A stretch of DNA of 63,652 bases, counting the filler, from a bacterium (lineage in GTDB: Bacteria > UBP15 > UBA6099 > JAJRTR01): assembly GCA_024278215.1 (NCBI GenBank). It is 5 parts of 5 records of this genome, joined end to end, with 100 filler letters (N's around TTAATTAATTAA, not from the genome) between each part and the next. Parts side by side here need not be neighbours in the genome. Positions count along the whole stretch, not along the records: positions 11,267 to 43,224 come from JAJRTR010000077.1; 4 more parts are not named here. One strand, 5' to 3'. Below the pieces are notes generated by a model. It had not been told where the DNA came from, searched no databases, and worked only from the letters and a program-made list of their open reading frames with translations. The position numbers were made by a program, and so were the translations under genes. Below are positions 18,195 through 28,300 of the stretch, piece after piece. How positions within the stretch are numbered: position 1 is the first letter of the stretch; each line of letters begins with the position of its first letter.

Positions 18195-21100
18195 TTATTC
18201 AGAACCCGTCAATGAATTATTGATTTCGGCCTCCCTGCGATCCAGTTCCTTTTCTTTGACCATGGAATAGACTACAGGTATCAGAACCAGAGTGAGGATC
18301 AGCGCGGTGAAGAGCCCGCCGACCATGGGCGCGGCAATACGCTTCATGACCTGCGAGCCGCTGCCCTGCGCAAACATTATGGGCAGCAGACCGATAAGGG
18401 TTGTGGATACGGTCATGAGCATGGGCCGGACTCTCATCACGGAGCCCTGGATGGTGGCGTCTTTTATGTCCTCATGTGTGTGCAGCGAATCGCTTTTCTC
18501 GCGGTCCTCGAAGGAATGTTTGAGAAACATGAGCATTACGATGCCTGTCTCGGCCGCGAGTCCGGCCAGTGCGATGAAGCCTACATAAACGGCCACACTT
18601 GTATTGTAGCCGAGTACGAAGAGCAGCCAGTAGCCGCCCACCAGCGAGAATGGAAGCGAAAGCAGAACGATAAATGTTTCCTTGAAGTTGCCGAAATGGA
18701 AGTAAAGGAGCATGAAAATAGCCAGGAGCGCCGCCGGGACGACGATTTTCAGGATCGCGGCCGCCTTCTGCATGTACTCATACTGTCCGCTCCATACGAT
18801 GCTGTAGCCGGGCGGCAGCTTGATTTTTTCGTTTATGACTTTCTGCGCGTTTTTAACATAGGTGCCGACGTCGATGCCCCGTAGGTCGACATATATCCAG
18901 GCCGTCCGTCTCGAGTTCTCGCTTTTAATGCCCGGCGGGCCTTTCTTGATGGACACCTTGACGAGCTCGCCCAGCGGCACACGCGCTCCCGACGCTGATA
19001 TAACCAGCACCCGTTTCAGGGCGGGGATATTGTCGCGAAGTTCTCTCTGGTAACGCACATTCACGGGATACCGTTCGAGTCCTTCAACGGTTTGGGTCAC
19101 ATTCATTCCGCCGATCGCGCTCATGATTACATCCTGCACATCGCCTGTTGTCAGTCCGTAGCGGGCAATGGCTTCGCGGTCTATTTTCAAGTCGAGATAG
19201 TTGCCGCCTGTCGTCTTTTCGGGATATGCGCTGAGGGTACCGGGTATTCTGGCGACTTCGGACGAAATCCGTTGCGCCAGATCGGCGAGCACCGCGAGGT
19301 CGTCGCCCATGACCTTGATGCCGACAGGTGTTTTTATGCCGGTCGAGAGCATGTCGATCCTTGTTTTGATCGGCATCGTCCAGGCGTTTGTGAGACCTGG
19401 GAATTGTACGGCGTCGTCGAGTTCTTCGATCAGTTTTTCCATCGTCATGCCTTTGCGCCAGTCTTTTTTATCCTTCAGCGTTATAGTCGTTTCGATCATG
19501 GAAAGAGGCGCGGGATCAGTCGGCGTGTCGGCCCTGCCGATCTTGCCGAAGACTGTTTTCACTTCCGGGAACTCCTTGATGATTCTGTCGGTCTGCTGCA
19601 ACAGTTCCTTTGCCTTTGTGATCGAAATACCCGGGTCGGTCGTAGGCATATAGAGCAGGTCGCCTTCGTTCAGGGGCGGCATAAACTCCGAGCCGATAAA
19701 TTTGTATGGGATGAACGTCAGCACGAGTATGACGACGGCAACAAGCAGGGTGGCGACCCTGTGCCTGAGAACGAAACGGATAACGGGCCTGTATACTCTT
19801 ATGCAAGCCTGGCTCACGGGATGCGTCGCTTCGCTTCGGATATGACCCCGGACGAAATAGAACATAAGCACCGGAATGATGGTTATGGCGATCACCGAGG
19901 AGGAGGCCATCGCGAATGTTTTTGTAAAAGCAAGTGGTTTGAAGAGGCGTCCGCTCTGCTCCTGCAGCGCGAAGACGGGCAGGAATGAGATGGTGATGAT
20001 AAGCAGCGAATAGAACAGCGCGGGGCCCACTTCCGTCGCCGCTTCGAGTATTATATCGAAGTGCGGTTTAGAATTGCCGTATAACTCCATCTTTTTGTGG
20101 GCGTTTTCCACAAGCACAACTGAGGCGTCCACCATCACCCCTATAGCAATCGCGATTCCGCCAAGGCTCATGATGTTGGCGTTTATCCCCATTATGTGCA
20201 TCAGTATCAGAGTGATCATAACGCCTGCCGGAAGCGTGAACACGGCAACGAAAGCGCTGGGGAAATGGAAGAGGAAAATGATGCACACGATGGCGACGAC
20301 GATTATTTCCTCGACCAGCTTTTCCTTCAGCGTGTCCACTGCCCGCTCGATCAGGGTCGACCGGTCGTAGACTGTCTTGATCGTCACGCCCGCGGGCAAT
20401 CCCGATTTAAGACTTTCAAGTTTTTTCTTCACAGCTTCTATAGTTTTCAGAGCGTTTTCGCCCTGTCGGATCAGGACGATTCCGCCGACAGCCTCACCGC
20501 GACCGTTGAGTTCCGCGACGCCGCGCCTCAGCTCCGGCCCGATCTGCACACGCGCGACATTCTCCAATAGAATCGGAGTGCCGTTTTTGTCGGCGCCGAG
20601 AGAGATTTTCTTTATATCCTCGATCCCCTGTAGGTAGCCGAGGCCGCGCACCATGAATTCCGTTTCGCCCATCTCCATCAATTTGCCGCCCACGTCGTTG
20701 TTGCTGCGCTTTATAGCCATCTTTATTTTTTGAATCGGTATGCCGTAAGCGTCCAGCTTATTCGGGTCGAGCACGACCTGATACTGCTTGATATAGCCGC
20801 CGACGCTCGCCACTTCGGAAACACCCGGCACACTCGTGAGTTCATACTTGAGATACCAGTCCTGGATCGAGCGCAGTTGTGCGAGATCGTGTTTTCCTGT
20901 AGTGTCTTCGAGGACATACTCATATATCCAGCCGACACCCGTGGCGTCCGGCCCGAGTGTGGGCGTCACACCGGAAGGAAGCCTTGCCGCCACCGCGCTG
21001 AGTTGTTCGAGCACCCGGCTTCGCGCCCAGTAGAGGTCCGTGCCGTCCTCGAAAATGATGTAGACGAATGAGTAACCGAAAAATGAATAGCCACGCACTA

Positions 21101-21341
21101 CCTTCGAGTACGGAACAGCCATCATCGCCGTGGTCAGCGGATAAGTGACCTGATCCTCGACGATCTGCGGTCCCTGCCCGGCATATTCGGTATACACGAT
21201 GACCTGCACGTCGCTGAGATCGGGGATCGCATCGACGGCGATGTTTTTTATCACATATCCGCCGGCGACGAACAGGAACAATATGAGGATGATTACAAGA
21301 ATCCTGTTTTTCAGAGAATATTCAATAACTTTATCAATCAT
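18195..21341 (-). CDS. cusA: CusA/CzcA family heavy-metal RND permease (Cu/Ag type)
   Basis: DAIPDLSDVQVI, GPDATGVGW, MPIKTRIDML, MKRIAAPMVGG. Confidence 0.95.
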   Translation of the reverse strand: MIDKVIEYSLKNRILVIILILFLFVAGGYVIKNIAVDAIPDLSDVQVIVYTEYAGQGPQIVEDQVTYPLTTAMMAVPYSKVVRGYSFFGYSFVYIIFEDGTDLYWARSRVLEQLSAVAARLPSGVTPTLGPDATGVGWIYEYVLEDTTGKHDLAQLRSIQDWYLKYELTSVPGVSEVASVGGYIKQYQVVLDPNKLDAYGIPIQKIKMAIKRSNNDVGGKLMEMGETEFMVRGLGYLQGIEDIKKISLGADKNGTPILLENVARVQIGPELRRGVAELNGRGEAVGGIVLIRQGENALKTIEAVKKKLESLKSGLPAGVTIKTVYDRSTLIERAVDTLKEKLVEEIIVVAIVCIIFLFHFPSAFVAVFTLPAGVMITLILMHIMGINANIMSLGGIAIAIGVMVDASVVLVENAHKKMELYGNSKPHFDIILEAATEVGPALFYSLLIITISFLPVFALQEQSGRLFKPLAFTKTFAMASSSVIAITIIPVLMFYFVRGHIRSEATHPVSQACIRVYRPVIRFVLRHRVATLLVAVVILVLTFIPYKFIGSEFMPPLNEGDLLYMPTTDPGISITKAKELLQQTDRIIKEFPEVKTVFGKIGRADTPTDPAPLSMIETTITLKDKKDWRKGMTMEKLIEELDDAVQFPGLTNAWTMPIKTRIDMLSTGIKTPVGIKVMGDDLAVLADLAQRISSEVARIPGTLSAYPEKTTGGNYLDLKIDREAIARYGLTTGDVQDVIMSAIGGMNVTQTVEGLERYPVNVRYQRELRDNIPALKRVLVISASGARVPLGELVKVSIKKGPPGIKSENSRRTAWIYVDLRGIDVGTYVKNAQKVINEKIKLPPGYSIVWSGQYEYMQKAAAILKIVVPAALLAIFMLLYFHFGNFKETFIVLLSLPFSLVGGYWLLFVLGYNTSVAVYVGFIALAGLAAETGIVMLMFLKHSFEDREKSDSLHTHEDIKDATIQGSVMRVRPMLMTVSTTLIGLLPIMFAQGSGSQVMKRIAAPMVGGLFTALILTLVLIPVVYSMVKEKELDRREAEINNSLTGSE

Positions 21342-21412
21342 CTGTACCCCTGCTTTCTGCGTCAGGACTTTTCAAGTGCCTGGGATGGAAACTGAAACTC
21401 CCGAGTTCCGAA

Positions 21413-22879
21413 CTACCGGTTGCTGTCCTGCTCGCTGACCGGTTTCTCATTCTCCTGTTTATGTTCGGAGCGGCTTGCCCTGTTTTCGAATGATTCCTTT
21501 TCGTCCGATGTCATCATTTTCGCGATAGCTTCGCGCAGCTTGCTTTCGGAGTCGAGCAGGAACTGGCCGGATGTAACAACGATCTCGCCCTGCGCGAGGC
21601 CGGAGAGAATCCGTGTGTTGCCGCTGTCGTCCTCGACGCCTGTTATCACCTCGCGCGGCTGGAACTTACCCGCTTTCTTCGCCACGAATACTACGGTTCG
21701 TTCGCCTGAATGGATAATCGATTCCGTCGGTACAAACAGAGCGTCGCCGGATACTTCAGACGCTATCCTGACAGTAGCGTACATCTGTGGTTTCAGCACG
21801 AGAGCGGGATTCGGCATAACTATTCTCACTTTTATATCCCGCGTCTTACTGTCCATGTACGGATATACATAATCGACCACGCCCTCGTACTCCTTGCCCG
21901 GCAGATAGGAAAGCTCGATCGTCACCTTCAGTCCCTTCTTCACCAGCGGCGCTTCGTTTTCATAAATGTTGGCGTAAACCCACACGGTCGTCAGGTCGGC
22001 GATACGGAACAGGTCCGCGCCCTTCTTAAAGAACTTACCTTCGATAGCGTTCAGGTGTGTGAGGTAACCGCTTAGCGGAGCGGAGAAAGTCAGTGTTTTT
22101 CTGACTTTGCGGGTCTTCTCAAGTGTGCGTATTTCCGAATCCGGAATATCCCAGAACTTCAGCCTCTTTCGCGCGGCGTTGCTTATGCGTTTCGAGCCGC
22201 TGTCGAGGCTCAGGAGGTATTCTTCCTGCGCCGAGACGAGCGCCGGCGAATAGATGTCGTAGAGCGGCTGTCCCTTTTCGACATAAGCGCCGGTTTCCTG
22301 GACATGCACTTTTTCGATCCAGCCGGAGATTTTGGTGTTTATGACCGAAAGGCGGGTTTCGTCATAATCCACGTGTCCCACAGTTCTGATAACCCGCGAG
22401 AACGGGCCCTTCTCCACCTTTGCCGTGCGAACGCCCATGTTCTGGACGACGGACGGGTCTATCGTCACTGTGCTGCCGCCTGCGACATCGTTTTCATACA
22501 CAGGCACAAGGTCCATACCCATGGGCGACTTCCCCGGTTCGTCACGGACATAACCGGGGTCCATCGGAGCGACCCAGTAGAGTATCTTGCCCTTGCCTTC
22601 AGGCGCGCGCTCCGGCGTGCTTTTCGACGCGCCGGCGCTTTCGCCGCCGCTTTCACGCACAGGAGTCAGGTTCATTCCGCAGATAGGGCATGTGCCCGGA
22701 TTGTCTTCCCTGACCTGCGGGTGCATCCCGCAGGTCCAGTACAGTATCCTGTCCGCGGCTTCTTTCATCGGACTGTCCGGGCTTATACGGCTGAGGATAT
22801 GCGGCAGGTGAACAAACTGCCCTGCCACAAAGCCGCCGAATACGAGTACGATAACGAATATAAATGTTTTAACCTTCAT
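21413..22879 (-). CDS. cusB: CusB-type RND periplasmic adaptor
   Basis: WTCGMHP..CPICGM, PMDP..PGKSPMGMDL, SGQFLLDSES. Confidence 0.92.
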   Translation of the reverse strand: MKVKTFIFVIVLVFGGFVAGQFVHLPHILSRISPDSPMKEAADRILYWTCGMHPQVREDNPGTCPICGMNLTPVRESGGESAGASKSTPERAPEGKGKILYWVAPMDPGYVRDEPGKSPMGMDLVPVYENDVAGGSTVTIDPSVVQNMGVRTAKVEKGPFSRVIRTVGHVDYDETRLSVINTKISGWIEKVHVQETGAYVEKGQPLYDIYSPALVSAQEEYLLSLDSGSKRISNAARKRLKFWDIPDSEIRTLEKTRKVRKTLTFSAPLSGYLTHLNAIEGKFFKKGADLFRIADLTTVWVYANIYENEAPLVKKGLKVTIELSYLPGKEYEGVVDYVYPYMDSKTRDIKVRIVMPNPALVLKPQMYATVRIASEVSGDALFVPTESIIHSGERTVVFVAKKAGKFQPREVITGVEDDSGNTRILSGLAQGEIVVTSGQFLLDSESKLREAIAKMMTSDEKESFENRASRSEHKQENEKPVSEQDSNR

Positions 22880-24447
22880 TGGGAGTCAGCCCCTTTCTCT
22901 ACGGCTATTTTTCCGCCGACTGTCTTTTCCAGCAAAGCGAGATTGGTTCGCGCCTTGCGCCTTGCGCCTTCGAAAGCAAGTTCCTGGTCGAGCAACACCC
23001 TGTGCGCGTCCAGCAGGTCGATGAAACTTCCATCGCCGGAAGTGTAATCGCCGAGTGTCGCCTTATAAGCGTTGTGCGCTTTCCTGATTATTGATTTTTT
23101 ATAAGTCGCCGCCGTATTCCTCGATGCGCTGTAATTCGCGAAAAACTTTTCAACCATCGAGTTCGTTCGATTCCTCATATCCTCGAGCTTTTGCGCGAGG
23201 GAGTTCCTTTTATCTTTCACTTCACGCAGGTAAGCGTTCTCGTCCGCGTAGTCCGGCATCGCGCCCGGCCCCATCGAGCGTGTCATGAAGGCCGCCGCTT
23301 TGCCCTGGGTGCCGAGCGAGAGGACTTCCCTGTTCTGGAAGTATGAAAAACCAAGCGAGTAATCGGGGAACAGTTTCCTGCCGCCCATCTCGATCATGAT
23401 GTCCATACGCTCGATCATCAACTGCATCGAACGCAACTCCTGTGACCGCGACTGCGCCAGTGCCTGCAGAGCGCGAAGCCCCGGCACATCAGCCGGGCCC
23501 GTTTCGGCAAAGCTGCCCGGTTTCAGCTCGCCGGGCAGGCCGATCACTTCCCGCAGAGCGGTTATCGCGGCATTTCTCTTCCACTCGAATGTGTCTTCCA
23601 TGGTCGCGAGTTTGTCGATCCGCATCGATATCTTCACCACGTTGCTGTATTCCGCCATTCCTGTTTCATAGAGCCTCAAGGCCACTTTATCTATGTCTTT
23701 CGCCAGCGACAGGTCCCGGCGTGTTATCTCCAGCGCGGCATCGAGATAGAGGACATTCGCATACTTGACCTTAACTTCGGCGAGAACGTCGCGAACCACC
23801 TTCTCGAAAGCTACTCGCGCGATTTCCACATCTTTGTCTACAGCGTCACCCTTCAGCGACACCATTCCGGGGAACGGATAGTTCATCTGCACCATGCGCC
23901 GGTTTTTCTTCGAACTCGTTTTCGTGTTTATGGATTCCGTGAACCCGAGATACTGCAACAGAACCTGGTCGAGGAACACAACCTGGTCGTACCTGTTGGC
24001 CGCCGCCCTGAGATTGTCTTCCGCCGCTTGAACCGCGGGACTGAAAACAATGGCCGAGGCAAGCAGCCTGTTCAGTGTAACAGTTCCCGGCAGCGCTCCC
24101 GGTGTACCGCCGTTTTCTATTTCCTTATTTATGCGTTCGAGTTCGGCCTGAATCTCCGGCGTCGTCGATTCTTTCAACAAAGCGGCAACGGAAAGCGGCG
24201 TTTTCTTTTTCGACACATCCGCTATAGCCTGCATCGCTTCATCAAAAGCCTTCACAGCATTTTCCTTATCCGGTGCAAACGAAGCCGGTCGCCCGGTCGC
24301 CTTCGCGCCGCTGAGACTCTGCCCGACGAAAGCGGGCCTGTATGTACCGGCCTCGCGCCGCATGTCGCCATACTGCGAAGCCGCCGCGGGCAGACTGAAC
24401 GCCGCGATAAGTATGATCGGCAGTATGTGTGCGATTATTCTTTTCAT
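22876..24447 (-). CDS. TolC family outer-membrane efflux protein
   Basis: Signal peptide, OEP helical repeats (SFIDLLDAHR), operon context. Confidence 0.85.
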   Translation of the reverse strand: MKRIIAHILPIILIAAFSLPAAASQYGDMRREAGTYRPAFVGQSLSGAKATGRPASFAPDKENAVKAFDEAMQAIADVSKKKTPLSVAALLKESTTPEIQAELERINKEIENGGTPGALPGTVTLNRLLASAIVFSPAVQAAEDNLRAAANRYDQVVFLDQVLLQYLGFTESINTKTSSKKNRRMVQMNYPFPGMVSLKGDAVDKDVEIARVAFEKVVRDVLAEVKVKYANVLYLDAALEITRRDLSLAKDIDKVALRLYETGMAEYSNVVKISMRIDKLATMEDTFEWKRNAAITALREVIGLPGELKPGSFAETGPADVPGLRALQALAQSRSQELRSMQLMIERMDIMIEMGGRKLFPDYSLGFSYFQNREVLSLGTQGKAAAFMTRSMGPGAMPDYADENAYLREVKDKRNSLAQKLEDMRNRTNSMVEKFFANYSASRNTAATYKKSIIRKAHNAYKATLGDYTSGDGSFIDLLDAHRVLLDQELAFEGARRKARTNLALLEKTVGGKIAVEKGADSQ

Positions 24448-24448
24448 T

Positions 24449-25831
24449 TCATTTGCCTCCCATCACCGGAAGTGAAGTGCCCAGAACCTGCTCCAGCTTC
24501 GCGATGTTCTGAACAAGGTCTGTGCGGGCTCTGGCCCGTGCCAGCTCGAAATTCAGCCACACAGCCTGAACCTCGAGCATCTCACTGAAAGACGCCTGGC
24601 CGGAGTTGTACCACGTTTCCGAAAGTTCCAGCGATTTTCGCGCCTGCGGCACAAGCGTCTTTTCGTAAAGTTCGATGAGCCGCCCGCTCGTTCTTATCTT
24701 GAAAAACAGGTTTTTTATCATCGAGTTTGTCATATTTATTCTTTCCTGTTTTGTGTCCGCGGCGGCATTCAATCTGAATCGGGCTTCCTTCACCGCCGCC
24801 CTGTTCCTAGTGCGCCACACGGGCAGCGACATGCCGACCGAAACACCCCATGCGTCGCGCCCTCCGTCCCGCAGCGAAGGGTTGATCGAGTCTCCAATCG
24901 TGTTGTACATAAGCCCGACCGTATAGTTCGAACTGCCGGTCTTTTTTGCGAGAGCAATCCCTATTTCGCCCAGCTCCTTTTGTATCTCCGCCAGCAGAAT
25001 CTCCTGCCTGTTGGCTTTTGCCGTTGTGTAGAGAGACTCGATGTCGAGTTCCGGGAGAGGCGCTTTCGCGAGTTCCGAAACAGAGACTTCTGTCTCGGGC
25101 GCGCGGTTCAGGAGCGAGTTTATTTTCGTTATTTCAGTCTCCTGAAGTTCTTCGAGCAGCAGCAGATCATAGCTGACCTGTGCAATCTGCGACTGCGAGC
25201 GCAGGACATCCTGAAGCGGGCTGCCACCTGCCGCATAGTCGCGCTCGGCAACCGCGAGCAGCCGTTCGACCAGTTTCTTGTTTTCCTGTGTCAGTTGTAT
25301 CGCCTTACGGAGATACTGGAGTTCCGCGTAACTGGTCCTCAAATCGGTGATAACATCGCGAACGGCGATCTCGTATTTCAACTGAGCGGCATCCGCCATC
25401 TTCGCCGCCCTGTCGCCCTTCAATCGCAGTTTTCCACGTGCCGGAAACATCTGGCTAAGTTTGAATTGGCCCCGGTTGGCACCGAGTCTCGTTTCTATCG
25501 GAGAAGGGAAGTAGGCATATCCCAGCATGGGATCGGGCAGAGATTTCGCCTGCGGAAACTTCTCGACCGCCGCCTGCCACTCCGCCCTCGCGGCGGATAT
25601 CCCCGCATTATTTTCGTAGGCGGCTTCGATCAGCGAATACAGGGAGGATTGATCGCCGGGAGTTTCATCTCCCGCCGGTCGGGCAGTTGTCTCGACCGTT
25701 TGCGGCGCAAGGCGGACACTGACGGCGTTGCCGCCGCCAATGTCCGCGACTGCCGCCGAAGCCGCCGTCAACAGCACAAGCAGTGCCGCTGCCGGAATCA
25801 CTGCATTATTCCTATTAAAAAACCTCATCAT
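24449..25831 (-). CDS. TolC family outer-membrane efflux protein
   Basis: LPDPML, SQMFPARGKL, GMSLPVW. Confidence 0.9.
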   Translation of the reverse strand: MMRFFNRNNAVIPAAALLVLLTAASAAVADIGGGNAVSVRLAPQTVETTARPAGDETPGDQSSLYSLIEAAYENNAGISAARAEWQAAVEKFPQAKSLPDPMLGYAYFPSPIETRLGANRGQFKLSQMFPARGKLRLKGDRAAKMADAAQLKYEIAVRDVITDLRTSYAELQYLRKAIQLTQENKKLVERLLAVAERDYAAGGSPLQDVLRSQSQIAQVSYDLLLLEELQETEITKINSLLNRAPETEVSVSELAKAPLPELDIESLYTTAKANRQEILLAEIQKELGEIGIALAKKTGSSNYTVGLMYNTIGDSINPSLRDGGRDAWGVSVGMSLPVWRTRNRAAVKEARFRLNAAADTKQERINMTNSMIKNLFFKIRTSGRLIELYEKTLVPQARKSLELSETWYNSGQASFSEMLEVQAVWLNFELARARARTDLVQNIAKLEQVLGTSLPVMGGK

Positions 25832-25923
25832 TATCCCTCCTGTGCAGGCTTGATCTTGATTTCTTACTGAACCGGCGCGTTGTATAAGTACGCGCTGGTT
25901 CAGTTTGTTGCAAGAAATCCGGG

Positions 25924-26601
25924 TCAGTGGGTATTTGTCATGTTGTCCATGCGTTCCGAGTGTTCATTCTTCCCTTTTTCAGAACCTTTAAACGGGCATC
26001 CGCATTTGCCCGACTGCTTTTCGCATGTGCAGTTGCCTTCGCACTCCGCGCACTCTTTCGCCCAGTCGATGCTCTGCCCGCACATAAGCATATTTCCCTT
26101 ACCGTAATACGGGTTGCGGGTCTTCTTGTCTGTCTGAAGCCAGTACCCCTTCGCCATCGGGCAGTAGAACACTCGATATTCCGCCGCCGCTTTTTCGGGC
26201 AGGTGATTCTTCACCAGTTCGATGACATTATCACTCAAAGCATAGAACCCGTCCCGGGCTTCCTTCAGCTTTATGCCCTTTTTCGCGAAAGTCTTTGCCG
26301 ATATCCTAACATTTCCGAGAGTTTTTATCAGCTTTTCATTTTTCTTCTTATCTTTTTCTGCAAGCTCGATCGTCGCGTCGACACTCTTCATAATCTCCCC
26401 CGCGCTTTTTTCCACATGCTCGACCGTGCTGTTTGCCAGATCGGCATGGACCTGAATGTATCCACTTACAATCTCCTGGAGATGGTCTTCAATCGTGGGG
26501 GCCTTTTTTTCTTTTCCAAGCGCACCTGTCGAGGAAACAAACACAATCAACACAGATGCAACAACAGTCGATAATACTTTAAGGTAATTCAATGTTTTCA
26601 T
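25924..26601 (-). CDS. DUF3347-like metal-binding protein
   Basis: YCPMAKGYWLQ..RNPYYG..MLMCG plus a Cys-rich tail. Confidence 0.85.
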   Translation of the reverse strand: MKTLNYLKVLSTVVASVLIVFVSSTGALGKEKKAPTIEDHLQEIVSGYIQVHADLANSTVEHVEKSAGEIMKSVDATIELAEKDKKKNEKLIKTLGNVRISAKTFAKKGIKLKEARDGFYALSDNVIELVKNHLPEKAAAEYRVFYCPMAKGYWLQTDKKTRNPYYGKGNMLMCGQSIDWAKECAECEGNCTCEKQSGKCGCPFKGSEKGKNEHSERMDNMTNTH

Positions 26602-26740
26602 GTTCTACACTCCTTTGGTTTTCTTCGAATTCTTTCCATTCGAGGTCTAATTTATGTTCAAACTGTTTGTAGAGATAAACAGCCAGGAACACAAGCAATA
26701 CAACACATGCTGCGATAAATGTTATTTGTATTCTCATCAT
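26579..26740 (-). CDS. 53-aa single-TM protein heading the efflux operon (absent from the ORF track)
   Basis: GGGAGG RBS; MMRIQITFIAACVVLLVFLAVYLYKQFEHKL...; overlaps the next start. Confidence 0.6.
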   Translation of the reverse strand: MMRIQITFIAACVVLLVFLAVYLYKQFEHKLDLEWKEFEENQRSVEHENIELP

Positions 26741-26781
26741 CCCGGATGCCTCCCTTCAAACCAGTGTCGGCGTCATATAAG

Positions 26782-26796
26782 ACAAACTACATGCCA
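26782..26796 (-). promoter_or_regulatory. Sigma54-like -24/-12 promoter for the efflux operon
   Basis: TGGCATGTAGTTTGT; adjacent NtrC-type activator. Confidence 0.5.
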
Positions 26797-27141
26797 AACG
26801 AAACAAAGAAGTCGACTAATTGTGTCAATAAACAAAAACGCCTGTTAAAATCTTCTTTTTTATCGGAATTATTATTTCAAAACTTCATAATATCGCAAAG
26901 CCCCAACACAGGCACATTTCTTTTTGTGCGTTTTGAATCATCCTGCTGCTTGAAATGCAACACCTTTGCGTTCAGAATATGTTCAACAGTGTACGAACAG
27001 GGGCATGACGTCACAAGAATCTCGCAATATGAAAATATGCGTGAAATACCGCGTGGAAAGCACAGGGTACGGCAAACCCGTCACAAATTTATTACAGCAT
27101 ATTATTGATACGACAACAGATTGTTTTCATGCGTGAATTGT

Positions 27142-27156
27142 TGGCACAAAGATTGT
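27142..27156 (+). promoter_or_regulatory. Sigma54-like -24/-12 promoter for the two-component system
   Basis: TGGCACAAAGATTGT. Confidence 0.45.
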
Positions 27157-27219
27157 TTCAGTAATTATAATCGCGGATTTACTGCCCATACTATGCAAAT
27201 ACTGAACCGGGTGATCTGA

Positions 27220-28299
27220 ATGAACAAAAAGAAAGACCGGAATGTTATTATTGGAATAGCGCTTTTAATTCTCATTGTAACAACCCTGCATTTTTCGACC
27301 CCGATACACAGCGTTTTCTATCACGATATTTACGACAGGCTCTATTATATCCCGGTAATCATCAGTGCGTTCTTCTTTGGGATCAGGGGCGGAGGAACCG
27401 TTGCGGCATTATCCGGCGTGATATTTTTTTCGCACCTTTTCTTTCAATGGCGAGTGCATGAACACATGGACCTCACAGGGCGTTACCTCGAGATCATGAT
27501 GTACATGGTTGTCGGCATTCTGATCGGCCTGCTTACCGACCTCGAGCGAAAACAGCGCAGAAAAACAGAGGTCGCTTATGAGCAGTTGAAGGATTCTTTT
27601 GAAAAAGCGAAGGAATCCGCGCGACTCGCCGCGCTCGGCACACTGGCAGCAGGTATCGCCCATGAGATAAGGAATCCGCTGGGCGGCATAAAGGGCGCGA
27701 TGGAGATTATTTCCGATGAATTCGCACCGTCCCATCCCAAATATCGTTTCGTCGAAATCATCAATAAAGAAATATTGAGAATGGAACGCATAGTGGGCGA
27801 TTTTCTTGGGTTTTCCAGGCCGCAGAAACCTGTTCTCGCGCCCGACCGGATAAACAGCGTCGTCCGCTCCGTGCTCGATCTTTGCAACAAAAACCTCAGT
27901 AAAAACCATATCACACTGAAAACCGAATTCGGCGAGGCAGTGCCTTCCACCTGCATCGACACGAACCAGGTCAAGCAGGTTCTCCTTAACCTCATCCTCA
28001 ACAGCATCGACTCGATGCCGGAAGGCGGAGCCCTCGAAATCAGTACTCATCAGGTCGAAGACGGCATCGAGATAAGGGTGCTCGATTCGGGGAAGGGGAT
28101 CGACCCGGATGAAGTCGATAAACTGTTCGAGCCTTTTTATACAAAAAAACAGAATGGGACCGGACTGGGGCTTCCGATCAGCAGGCAGATCGTCGAGCAG
28201 CACGGAGGCAGTTTGACAATCAGCAACAGAAGTGATTCGCCCGGAACCGTGGCCGTCGTGCGGATTCCACTCAATGTTTCATGTGAAGGAGGTGTATGA
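27220..28299 (+). CDS. Sensor histidine kinase (ZraS/NtrB-like)
   Basis: AHEIRNPL H-box, N-box, GTGLGL; His-rich TM sensor region. Confidence 0.95.
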   Translation: MNKKKDRNVIIGIALLILIVTTLHFSTPIHSVFYHDIYDRLYYIPVIISAFFFGIRGGGTVAALSGVIFFSHLFFQWRVHEHMDLTGRYLEIMMYMVVGILIGLLTDLERKQRRKTEVAYEQLKDSFEKAKESARLAALGTLAAGIAHEIRNPLGGIKGAMEIISDEFAPSHPKYRFVEIINKEILRMERIVGDFLGFSRPQKPVLAPDRINSVVRSVLDLCNKNLSKNHITLKTEFGEAVPSTCIDTNQVKQVLLNLILNSIDSMPEGGALEISTHQVEDGIEIRVLDSGKGIDPDEVDKLFEPFYTKKQNGTGLGLPISRQIVEQHGGSLTISNRSDSPGTVAVVRIPLNVSCEGGV

Positions 28300-28300
28300 T

